Source of the DNA: Candidatus Deferrimicrobiaceae bacterium
GTDB taxonomy: Bacteria; Desulfobacterota; Deferrimicrobia; Deferrimicrobiales; Deferrimicrobiaceae
Direction of reading: 5' to 3'
Assembly (NCBI GenBank): GCA_963792415.1
Contig: CAWBVY010000001.1
Span: 343,900-407,899, forward strand
Length of the DNA stretch: 64,000 nucleotides
A model generated the notes under the pieces. It did no database searches and was not told where the DNA came from. It saw nothing but the letters and a program-made list of their open reading frames with translations. The position numbers and the translations under genes are program-made. The first letter of the stretch is position 1, and the number at the start of each line of letters is the position of its first letter. Positions 33,383 to 43,633 of this stretch are shown here, piece by piece.

Positions 33383-34387
33383 ATGGAAACATGTTTAGTG
33401 ACAGGTGGTGCAGGATTTATAGGTTCGCATGTAGCTAAAAATCTAATCGATAGCGGATATAAAGTCATCGTATTAGATGATTTGAGTGGCGGATTTATGG
33501 AAAATGTGCCATCAAAAGCAGAATTTATTGAGGGAACAATAACTGATAGGAATTTAATTAATGAAATCGTAAAAAATCAAAAAATTGATTATATTTTTCA
33601 CCTCGCGGCATACGCTGCTGAGGGCTTAAGCCATTTTATAAAAAAATTTAACTATGAGAACAATTTAATAGGCTCCATTAACCTCATTAATGCAGCTGTA
33701 AATTACAATGTCAGATGTTTTGTTTTTACATCGTCAATAGCAGTGTACGGTACTGCGCAATTACCAATGACAGAAGACATGACGCCAAAACCGGAAGATT
33801 CGTATGGAATAGCCAAATATGCAGTCGAATTAGAGCTAAAAGAAACACATGAAATGTTTGGTTTAAATTACATCATTTTTAGACCTCATAATGTTTATGG
33901 AGAGCATCAAAATATTGGAGACAGATATAGGAATGTAATTGGAATTTTCATGAACCAATTAATGAATCATAAAAATATGACAATATTTGGGGATGGGCAA
34001 CAAACAAGAGCCTTTACCTACATAGATGATGTCGCGCCAGTGATAGCAAAATCAATAGAAGTAAAGAATTCTTACAATGAAGTTTTTAACATAGGAGCTG
34101 ATAAAGCATACACTGTCAATGAACTTGCCAAAATTGTCGCAAAAAAGTTTAAGAATGAGTTTAATATAGATTATTTAGAACCAAGAAAAGAAGTCGTTCA
34201 CGCATTTTCAGATCATAAAAAATTAGAAAATATATTTGGAAACAATCCTAAAATACGGTTAGAAGAAGGTATTGAAAAAATGGCAAAATGGGCATTAAAA
34301 GTTGGGCCTAGGAAAAGCCAAAAATTTGGTAGCATTGAAATACTAAAAAATATGCCTGATAGCTGGAGGAAAGAGTTTAGCGATTAA
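33383..34387 (+). CDS. NAD-dependent epimerase/dehydratase (low GC)
   Basis: [35 protein letters not shown]. Confidence 0.92.
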   Translation: METCLVTGGAGFIGSHVAKNLIDSGYKVIVLDDLSGGFMENVPSKAEFIEGTITDRNLINEIVKNQKIDYIFHLAAYAAEGLSHFIKKFNYENNLIGSINLINAAVNYNVRCFVFTSSIAVYGTAQLPMTEDMTPKPEDSYGIAKYAVELELKETHEMFGLNYIIFRPHNVYGEHQNIGDRYRNVIGIFMNQLMNHKNMTIFGDGQQTRAFTYIDDVAPVIAKSIEVKNSYNEVFNIGADKAYTVNELAKIVAKKFKNEFNIDYLEPRKEVVHAFSDHKKLENIFGNNPKIRLEEGIEKMAKWALKVGPRKSQKFGSIEILKNMPDSWRKEFSD

Positions 34388-34444
34388 ATACAAACTATTA
34401 CAATAAGTTTAAGCTCCATACACATAACATATAGAGGGTCATCT

Positions 34445-35397
34445 ATGAAAAAACCCTTAATGCTGACAATATCGATCGTAAATACAAATAATAGAGACTT
34501 GTTAAGGAACTGTTTAATATCCATATATGAAACCGTAAAGAGATACAGGTACGAAATAATATTGGTCGATAATTGCTCGAAAGACGGTAGCGTTGAGATG
34601 GTAATGAAAAATTTTAAAGATGTCATTATCATTCAAAATAAAGGTACAATGGGATACGGATTCTGTCATAATCGTGCAATTAAAATAGCAAGAGGTAAAT
34701 ATGTTTTAATTTTTAATGAGGATATGATTGTCAAAAAAAATGCCATTGATTTAATGATTGAGAGGATTGAAAAAGATGAAACAATAGGCGTATTAGGTTG
34801 TAAACTTTTAAACCCTGATGGAAGTATACAATACTCTAGCTGCTCAAACTTTCCAAGTATAAAGCAACATATTGTTGATACATTCATACCGACGAATAGT
34901 GGCTTTAAAAATAATAAAAATAGAAGATTTTTATATTTTTTTGACTATAAAACTGAGAAGGATGTTAACATAATACAAGGTAGTTGCATGTTAATACCAA
35001 AAAAAGTTTTAGATGATGTAGGAATATTTGATACGCAGTTTTTCGTTTATTCTGAAGAAGACGATCTTTGCAAAAGAATAAAGAACGGTGGCTATAAAAT
35101 TATTATTATATCCTGATGCTGAGATCATACATATTGGCGGACAAACATCAAAAAAAATGTCACTGAAGGATGGCGTTGATAATGATAGAGAGTAAAATAA
35201 AATATTATCAAAAACATCACAGCAGGATAGAATTGACAATGTTTAAAATGATATATTTCTGTGGAAGTACTTTTAGATTAATTGGCTGGAGTGCAGCAGC
35301 CCTCACGAAAGCATACGACAAAAAATACTGTAAAGAAAACATTATTTTGAATCTCAAATCTTTAGAGTTAATAAGTAAAAAATTATTAGAAATTTAA
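34445..35397 (+). CDS. GT2 glycosyltransferase (rhamnosyltransferase-like), frameshifted near 35100-35170
   Basis: ILVDNCSKDGS, FNED, GSCMLI, FFVYSEEDDLCKR. Confidence 0.85.
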
Positions 35398-35543
35398 TAA
35401 AAAGTAAAGATAGAATATCAAACCACAATTAACAACAAACTTTCCGCGTTCACTATCATGTAGACTTATTCCAGCTGAGTTTAAGGTTTTAAAGGAATCA
35501 CTGCAGGGACGATGAAGACGCAAAGAGTTTTTGTTATAATAAT

Positions 35544-36155
35544 TTTCGCTGAAACCCGCCTTCCTCGCCTGAACCCGTCTGCTTCGCAAGCATTGCGGGC
35601 AGGCGAGAGCTATGGCGGGCAGGGGGCGGAGAGATGATTAAATTTTTTCATTGTCGGTGAGGGGCCGACAATGAAAAAGGCATCCGCCTTTTCTGATTTA
35701 CATTCTTATTGAATCGTAGTCGATAATTTTGCGTTTGATCCATTACTCATCAATTGGGCGTTAAAAGATGGAAGACAGCATAGTAAGGAATCGCAAATGA
35801 ATTGCCAGAGTGACCAAATAAACTTGTAGAGGTTTCCCTTATTCATTCCCGGTAGTCCCTGTCCAGTTGAATGCAAGCATATTCACTGGGATCACGGGAA
35901 TGAATAAATAAATAATATTCTCCTGTGCCCTCCGCGCTTCGAGCGAAGCGGGCGGTGAATAGCAAATTGGATTTACTGTTGAATTTCATACCTGTACCAT
36001 GAAACAAGGTATCTCCAGAGAAGAAAGTGTATTACCTGTGTGACCATATAAAACCTGCGGAGATTATCCATATTCATTTTCGTCCTCTCAACGAAAATGA
36101 ATATAAAAATATTACTCTCTGCGTCCTCCGCGTCTCGAGCGCAGCGGGTGGTGAA
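35544..36155. repeat. Family A element (left arm broken by CCCGCC/GGCAGG inserts) plus a tandem right end before the flippase
   Basis: ttttcattgtcggtgaggggccgacaatgaaaa; ctccgcgcttcgagcgaagcgggcggtgaa (to 35959); tattcattttcgtcctctcaacgaaaatgaata + ctctgcgtcctccgcgtctcgagcgcagcgggtggtgaa. Confidence 0.8.
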
Positions 36156-36168
36156 TAAAAAATAAGAA

Positions 36169-37763
36169 ATGTCATCTACGCCTCAAAATTCCACCATCAC
36201 AACTCCCTTGACAGACGAAATACCCCAACCTGAGCAGGAAGCCCCTGCCGAGAAAAACACCTACGGCCAGATACTGAAATCCTCGGCCCTGATCGGCGGA
36301 TCACAGGTGCTGAACATCGGCATCGGGATCGTTCGCACCAAGGTCTTTGCTGTGTTGCTCGGTCCGGCCGGCTTCGGATTGATGGGCTTGTACAGTTCAA
36401 TTGTCGACCTTGCTCAGAGCATTGCCGGTATGGGCGTCAACAGCAGCGGTGTACGCCAGATCGCCGAATCTGTGGGCACGGGAGATGAAGAGCGGATTGC
36501 TCGAACAGTTGTCGTACTGAGAAAAACATCGATTGTATTGGGATTATTGGGCGCAATTTTTCTCGTCATATTTTCAAAACAGGTTTCAAACATAACATTC
36601 GGCAGTTATCAACACACTAGGTGCCGTTGCGGTGCTGTCGCTCGCTGTATTTTTCCGTATATTATCTGCAAACCAAGGGCGCCTTGATTCAAGGAATGCG
36701 GCGCATCGGCGATCTCGCCCGAATGGGTGTATTGAGTGCGTTCTTCGGTACAATTATCGGTATCCCCTTCGTGTATTTTTTTCGCGAAAAGGGAGTGGCA
36801 CCGGCCTTGGTGGGCCTTGCTGCCATGATGTTGTTTTTCTCATGGTGGTACAGCCGAAATGTAAAAGTTCAATCACCGGCAATGACCGTCTCCCAACTCC
36901 GACAGTGAAACCGGATCTCTGTTAAAACTTGGCTTCGTTTTCATGGCCAGCGGGTTTCTGATGATGGGCGCCGCCTACGCAGTCCGTATTATAATAACCC
37001 GAAAAGTTGGTCTTGATGCAGCCGGATTCTACCAATCTGCCTGGACGCTGGGTGGATTATATGTGGGCTTTATTCTCCAAGCCATGGGAGCGGACTTCTA
37101 TCCTCGTCTTACCGGCGTGTTGCAAGGATAATAATGAATGCAACGCGGTTGGTAAACGAGCAGACGCTGATCAGCCTTTTATTGGCAGGACCGGGTGTGA
37201 TAGCCACACTTACTTTCGCTCCTTTAGTGATTGCAGTTGTTTTACAGTGCCAAGTTCTTGGCAGCGGTTGACATTTTGCGCTGGATTTGTCTCGGCATGG
37301 CTCTCCGAGTGATTACTTGGCCAATGGGTTATATCATTATTGCAAAAGGTGAGAAAAAACTATTTTTTTTCACAGAACTGGCCTGGACAGTCGTCAATGT
37401 TGGACTCTCGTGGATATGTGTGAAATATTTCGGATTGAATGGTGCCGGAATTGCGTTTTTTGGATCGTACGTCTTTCATGGATTATGATTTATCCGATTG
37501 TAAGACGGCTTAGCGGTTTTAGTTGGTCCAACACTAATAAACGTACAGGCCTGCTTTTTCTCGCCATAATTGCAATTGTTTTTTGCGGGGTTTATTTGTT
37601 ACCGTTCTTTTTGTCGACAGTAATTGGGGTATCAGCAATGGTTTTTATTGGTGTTTACTCTATTCGGATGATAATTAATTTAATCCCTTTAGAACGGATT
37701 CCACTCCCAATACAAAGTTTTCTGATGAGATTTAGTAACTTAAAATCTGGTTTTAAAAAGTGA
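36169..37763 (+). CDS. wzx: O-antigen/oligosaccharide flippase, several frameshifts
   Basis: IVRTKVFAVLLGPAGFGLMG, LIQGMRRIGDLA, YVGFILQAMGADFYPRL; multi-TM. Confidence 0.88.
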
Positions 37764-37815
37764 AGTAAAAAAAGTAATATGAAAGAGCGTGTTATTTTTT
37801 AGCAGCATCAGGTAT

Positions 37816-37860
37816 TATAGTCACTTTACCAACCACCTTGAAGGTGGTAAGGTGACTATA
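37816..37860 (+). terminator. Long hairpin after wzx, directly adjacent to the IS insertion site
   Basis: tatagtcac...accaccttgaaggtggt...gtgactata. Confidence 0.45.
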
Positions 37861-38112
37861 AATAAGGGTGTAGCTCTTTTGTGACGACCTAAAAACCGCT
37901 TAAAAACGGTCAGTTATACAATTTATTGAGTCAATCATATGCCTGGTTATTCCGAGATAGCATTCGGCTAAATTGATAGGTCTGCATTTTTTACCAGTTT
38001 GAAAGCGAGAGTGGTTAGGGGGCAGCCGTGATAAATATTTCCGGCCGCGCGCATTTTTTGCTGGACAAGACGCCATTGTTCTGCTACGTGATAATAGAGA
38101 AAGGACAATGGC

Positions 38113-39006
38113 ATGCAAACAGCAACAGATCAACAGAGGTTCTGTGGTCGGGAATTTACCGCAGAAGAGGTGTCGCTGATCCAAGAGGTTGTCGAGACCT
38201 GTGCAGGGATCAGCCGGCTGGAGCTGGCCCACACGGTATGCGAACTGCTTGGAGTGGAAGCGCCCCGGCGGCGGACTCAAGGCGCGGGAGTGCCGGGATC
38301 TTCTGGAGCGTCTGGAGAGCCAGGGGGTTTTGAGGCTTCCGGACAAAAAGTCGTGTGGATCGAGCAAACCCAGAAAGTGTATTGCGCCCGCTGAAAAGGG
38401 GCAGGTTCATAGCGAGCTTACCGGCAGTGTGGAGGAATTTGCCCCCCTGGATGTAGAGCTGGTAGAAAGCCGGCAGCAGCGGCAGCTGTTTCAAGAACTT
38501 TTGAGCCGTTACCACTATCTGGGCTACGCGATGCCCTACGGTGCGCGGCTGCAGTATCTGGTCTACGTCAGACGACCCCGGCGCGAAGTGGTCGGGTGCG
38601 TGCAGTTTTCGAGCCCTGCCTGGCGGATGAAGGTTCGAGATCAATGGATCGGCTGGGACGATGCGACCCGCAAGCTGCGACTGCAGCACATCGTCAATAA
38701 CAGCCGTCTTCTGGTGGTGGCGCGCATCCGCAACCTGGCCAGCATGACGCTGTCTGGTGCTCTTAAGCGGCTGCGCGCCGACTGGCAGCAGCAATATGGG
38801 GTGGCTCTTGGCTGGTGGAGACACTGGTGGACCGTCAGCGGTTTTACGGGGGGTGTTATCGTGCGGCCAACTGGATGGTTCTGGGAGAAACCAGCGGCCG
38901 TGGACGTATGGACCGGACCCACCAGCGTCACGGAGCCCAGGTAAAAACCGTATTGGTTTATCCGCTGGTCAAAAATGCCAGGCGCAGGCTCACAGGTGGA
39001 GAGTAA
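38113..39006 (+). CDS. DUF4338 (DruA-like) protein, frameshifted
   Basis: FCGREFT, LSRYHYLGY, RDQWIGWD, IVNNSRLL, ETLVD..RFYGGCYRAANWMVLGETSGRGR. Confidence 0.85.
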
Positions 39007-39012
39007 CAGGCG

Positions 39013-40573
39013 ATGACGGCACTGGCTGAACTCTCGCCCCTGGAACACTCCTACGATCAGGCGCGAGAAGAATTTGAGAATATCGTAGGGCATCTTGACT
39101 CTAAAGAGGCCTCTGGGATGACCCACAGCGAACTTGAGCGCGAGCTTGAAAAGAAGGGTCGGGAGCTGATGCGCATGCTGCTGCAGGAGCACCTTGATAA
39201 CCGCGGCCCCGGCCAATGCGACCAACCGGTTTGCGGTGTAGACGGTCAAGAGCGATCGCGGATGCGTCTTCAGAAGCGAAAGCTGGAAACGGTGTTTGGA
39301 ACTGTCTCGATAGAGCGAGCCGGATACGATCAGCAAGGGGTAAAGAGTCTGCATCCTTTGGATGCTGAGCTCAACCTGCCCGATGAGCGCTACTCTCTTG
39401 AGATGCGCCGCCGCGTGGCCGAAGAAGCCGCCAAGAGTTCCTTTGACGAAACACTGGAGAGCATTGGCAAAAACACCGGCGGCCATGTCCCCAAGCGCCA
39501 GGTCGAAGAGTTGGTGATGCGAGCGGCCCGGGACTTCGACGCCTTTTACCAGACGCGCCAGGCGCTGCCCGGCGAGGCTCAAGGCGCCGGTTCGGTATTG
39601 GCCATCAGCGTCGATGGTAAAGGTGTGACGATGCGAACTCAGGACCTGCGGGAGCAGACCCGCAAAGCCGCCGAGGTGCGTGCACACAAAATGGGTACGC
39701 GGCTGTCCAAGGGGGAAAAGAAAAATTCCAAGCGCATGGCCACCGTGGCCGCTGTCTATACGATTGCGCCGTTTGTGCGAACGGCCGAGGAGCTGGTTGG
39801 CAACAGCAGTTCCCCCCATCCCGGCCCGCCACGCCCCCGGCCGGAGCAAAAGCGTGTCTGGGCAAGTCTCGAGAAAGAACCCGAACAGGTCATTGAAGAA
39901 GCGTTGGCCGAAGCCCGCCATCGAGACCCGACCGATAAGAAGACCTGGGTTGCGCTGGTCGATGGCAATAAGAGTCAAATCCGCATCCTGAAACGCCTGG
40001 CAAAAAAGAACGGCCTTGATCTTACGATCATTGTCGATTTGATCCACGTCATCGAGTACCTGTGGGATGCCGGAAGGGTCGATTCACCCTGCCTCCGGGT
40101 CGGAATTGGAAAACTAGGTCCGGCATCGTCTACTTGAAACGCTTCGGGGAAAGGCGGGCTTGATGGCAGGGGGAATGCGTCGAAGTGCAACGCTTCGTGG
40201 TCTGTCTACTAAAGCACGCGAACCCATGGACGTTTGCGCGCTTTATTTGTCCAATCATGCTCCCTATCTCCGGTATGATCGCTACCTTGCTAAAGGATTG
40301 CCCGTCGCCACGGGAGTTATCGAAGGTGCCTGTCGGCACTTGGTAAAAGACCGCATGGCTGTAACTGGTGCTCGTTGGAGCATGAACGGTGCCGAGGCCG
40401 TTTTGCGACTGCGCGCCCTTCGATCCAGTCGTGACTTCGATGAGTACTGGAGCTTCCATGAGGCTCGCGAGTACGAAAGGATCCATCAGGCTCTCTACGC
40501 CGGGAGAATTGTGCCGCCTACTAGTACTTCGCTTTCGACTATCAAACACGACCATCTGAAAGTAATCAAGTAA
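39013..40573 (+). CDS. ISKra4 family DDE transposase, frameshifted near 40080-40160
   Basis: ISVDGKGVTMR, KRMATVAAVY, ALVDG, DLIHVIEYLW, GLPVATGVIEGACRHLVKDRM..GARWS. Confidence 0.9.
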
Positions 40574-40752
40574 GAAATTTTAACTGGTATGGAGCAATAC
40601 AAACTGCCGTTAACTGTTAAAAAGGGTCGCACTAAAAGAGCCGCACCCAATAAATAATTGGTTATTATAATAGGAACCTCAGTTATATGGACTGACTTAC
40701 AGTTTAGATGTTTTCAAATTGCAATGATTTATAAATTTCTAGTAATAATATA

Positions 40753-41796
40753 ATGAGTACAGTTGACATCGTTATACCCTGTTACAACTATGCCCGCTAT
40801 CTACAAGGCTGCGTTCATAGTGTACTTTCGCAATTAGGGGTTGATGTTCGTGTGCTTGTGATCGATGACGCTTCCTCTGACGACACAGCCGAAATCGGCA
40901 AAAAATTAGCGGCATACGATAATCGGGTTGAATTCCATCAGCATAAATTAAACAAGGGCCATATCGCCACTTACAACGAAGGGGTGATCGACTGGTCATC
41001 CGCAGAATACGTAGTCTTGCTATCGGCTGACGATTTGCTGGCGCCAGGTTCGCTTAGACGGGCTGTGAAGATCATGAATGCTGATAAAACAATAGGATTG
41101 GTTTACGGACGTTCAATCTACTTTGAGATGGAAAACGAAATTCCTAAAACTACCAGACGTGAACGCGGATATACGCGATGGCCAGGAACTGAATGGATAG
41201 AAGAACGATGTCGAGCTGGATACAATGTTATTTCATCACCCGAAGTTGTCGTGCGCAGAACAATCCAGCAGGCTGTCGGCGGTTATTGTCAAGAACTTCC
41301 ACATACTGGTGACCTGGAGATGTGGCTGCGGATAGCAGCGGTCTCTGACATCGCATATGTAAGAGGTGTGCCGCAGGCTTACTACCGACGGCACTCCAGT
41401 AGTATGTTACAGTCACTGTATCGAAATAAGATCGTCGACTTGCAGCAACTAAAAGCCGCCTTTGACATTTTCTTTGAAAATCACCACAACATTATCGCAG
41501 ACTCATTCCAGCTGCACGAATTAGCCAATCATGCACTCGCCCGTGAAGCACTATGGGAAGCGTGCCGGGCATATGACCACAATCAAGTTGAAGAATCTGG
41601 TGCTGAGGAGTATGTGCGGTTCGCGATGAAGACCTATTCAGCCGCAAAGACCCTATCCGAGTATGCGGCACTGCGGCGGCGGCGAACCCTTGGACCTATC
41701 ATATGCAACCGAACCCAAATTTTCGCTGTGTCGGCACTTATGCGGCGTATTCGAGGCTGGTTGTTGCGGGAGCGGTGGAAGAGGCAGGGAATATGA
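40753..41796 (+). CDS. GT2 glycosyltransferase
   Basis: IPCYNY, IDDASSD, LSADD, GDLEMWLR. Confidence 0.92.
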   Translation: MSTVDIVIPCYNYARYLQGCVHSVLSQLGVDVRVLVIDDASSDDTAEIGKKLAAYDNRVEFHQHKLNKGHIATYNEGVIDWSSAEYVVLLSADDLLAPGSLRRAVKIMNADKTIGLVYGRSIYFEMENEIPKTTRRERGYTRWPGTEWIEERCRAGYNVISSPEVVVRRTIQQAVGGYCQELPHTGDLEMWLRIAAVSDIAYVRGVPQAYYRRHSSSMLQSLYRNKIVDLQQLKAAFDIFFENHHNIIADSFQLHELANHALAREALWEACRAYDHNQVEESGAEEYVRFAMKTYSAAKTLSEYAALRRRRTLGPIICNRTQIFAVSALMRRIRGWLLRERWKRQGI

Positions 41797-42568
41797 GTGG
41801 ACTATCACAACTCCTATTCACCGTTGTTGAACCAGCAGTTACGTATTATCTGGCTTGTTTAAAGGCTGCATGGAATCTTACACCGAACACGGCTGACCGC
41901 GGTGTGATGGCACATCCCGATGGATGTTAAAATGGTAGTCCACCTCGACGATGTGTTAGCGGCTTGCCTTTTCACAACATTCCAAGCCGTAGTCAAGAAA
42001 ATTACTCATAGGTAACACTTAATCTTCAACTAGGTTACGATTTTCGCTGACTCTAGTGGACGGAAATAAGCATTATATTGAATAATTAGGCACATAGAGA
42101 CACATAGTTAAATTTACCGGATATACTTTTGAGACATTCAAAACGTCGACCGCTAATATTTTTAATCAAGCCTACGCAATTCATGTGGATTCAACGGTCA
42201 AGTGGTATCAAATGAAAGATGAGAATGTATGACGTCATGGTAACAATCTACTTGCCAATACAAATCCTGTCTTCAATTCGCAATTTAACTGCAAGCGCTT
42301 TTATTTCGTGCTTACTCTTATCATTACATTTAACAATTTGGCGATTTAAGAGTTCTACATGAAAACTTGTATCGCAAGATTTTCCATGACATTCAAGTCA
42401 GACGTTGGCTGGTGGAAAAATACAATATCGAGTTCAGTGGCTAATGCTAATTTATTATGGTTATTCGTTGGTCTCGCTGCAAAAGTTGGCGAAGCTTGAT
42501 TTCTACAAAATAAGTTTAAAGAGTTGAATAATCCAAGATTTTACGAAGAATCAAAAGGTTAAGCAAAG

Positions 42569-43522
42569 ATGAGAGTGCACGGTATTTGCATAGTCAGAGA
42601 CGAAGCTGATGTTTTTGAAGAGTGTATCACTGCAGCTCTGCTTTGGTGCGACCACGTATATGTTTTCGATAATGGCAGTATCGACGGCACATGGGAATTA
42701 GTCCAGAAACTCGCAGAGCGACATCCGCAAATCGTGCCTTACAAACGGGAGGATACCTGCTTCAGCGACGGGCTGCGCGCTGACATTTTCAACGAATTTA
42801 GGGCGAGATGTCACCCCAGCGATTGGTGGTGCCGACTTGATGCAGATGAGTTTTATATTGATGACCCACGCATTTTTCTTGCCAAAGTACCTTTTAAGTA
42901 CGACACGGTCTGGACTGCAAGTTTCTCTTATTACTTTACTGATAAAGACGCAGAGCTATATCGTGAGAATCCAGCAAAGTACTCTGCAACACCGGTTCAG
43001 CAACGACTTCGATACTACGTAAATCATTGGAGTGAGCCTCGCTTCATAAGACACCGAGACAGTATCGTCTGGACTCGAGAACACGGCGGCTGGCCCGAAT
43101 CTATGAGTCAAGCATTAGCTTACCCAGTCCGAATATGGGTAAAACACTATGCTTATCGTTCTCCCGAGCAAATCGAACGACGACTTCTGAGTCGACGCCC
43201 GGCAATCGAGTCTGGAAAGTCGTTCAGTCACGAAGCGGTTGCAAATTGGAGTAGCGCCGTGGCATCCGTGCGCCAGACTCGAGCCGGATTCGCTAATTAC
43301 AGTCCTAAGCTAGCTGCTCGAAACTGGGAAGAGCGTATCGTCTCGGCTTCTAGCTTAGACTTTGACAATTTTGATCGCAGGTATAATATAAACGAAAACA
43401 TTATGCCAAGAATTCAAAAACCTCGATATTTCAATATTAAGAAATTTGTTCCATTACCAATGCGAAAACTCTTGAAAGGTTTGCTGAGTATATCAGAAGG
43501 TCTGCTTAATCGAGAAAGGTAG
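42569..43522 (+). CDS. GT2-like glycosyltransferase
   Basis: CIVRDEAD, FDNGSIDGT, RLDADEF, HYAYRSPEQ. Confidence 0.85.
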   Translation: MRVHGICIVRDEADVFEECITAALLWCDHVYVFDNGSIDGTWELVQKLAERHPQIVPYKREDTCFSDGLRADIFNEFRARCHPSDWWCRLDADEFYIDDPRIFLAKVPFKYDTVWTASFSYYFTDKDAELYRENPAKYSATPVQQRLRYYVNHWSEPRFIRHRDSIVWTREHGGWPESMSQALAYPVRIWVKHYAYRSPEQIERRLLSRRPAIESGKSFSHEAVANWSSAVASVRQTRAGFANYSPKLAARNWEERIVSASSLDFDNFDRRYNINENIMPRIQKPRYFNIKKFVPLPMRKLLKGLLSISEGLLNRER

Positions 43523-43633
43523 AAATCGAGAAAAAGTAAGATAAAGTATAGTTTTAAGAAAGCAATTATTGGATCCTATTGTATTTATAATGCATATTAT
43601 TATTTATTTTTATGGCTAATAAGAATATTATTA

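Larger units (their letters stand above)
37866..40648 (+). mobile_element. ISKra4-family insertion sequence with a DUF4338 passenger gene
   Basis: IRL gggtgtagctcttttgtgacgacc / IRR reverse complement gggtgcggctcttttagtgcgacc; flanks tataaataa / aataaataa (probable target duplication); GC-rich relative to its flanks. Confidence 0.85.

Noticed and set aside
5656-36155. CRISPR array interpretation of the recurring repeats
   Set aside because: Repeats are degenerate, occur in both orientations, have irregular 100-400 bp spacing, and no cas genes are present
38113-39006. Complete Druantia defence system
   Set aside because: No DruE helicase or other dru genes; the gene lies inside an IS
41800-42560. 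Possible decayed gene in the gap between two glycosyltransferases
   Set aside because: No recognisable motif or sustained reading frame
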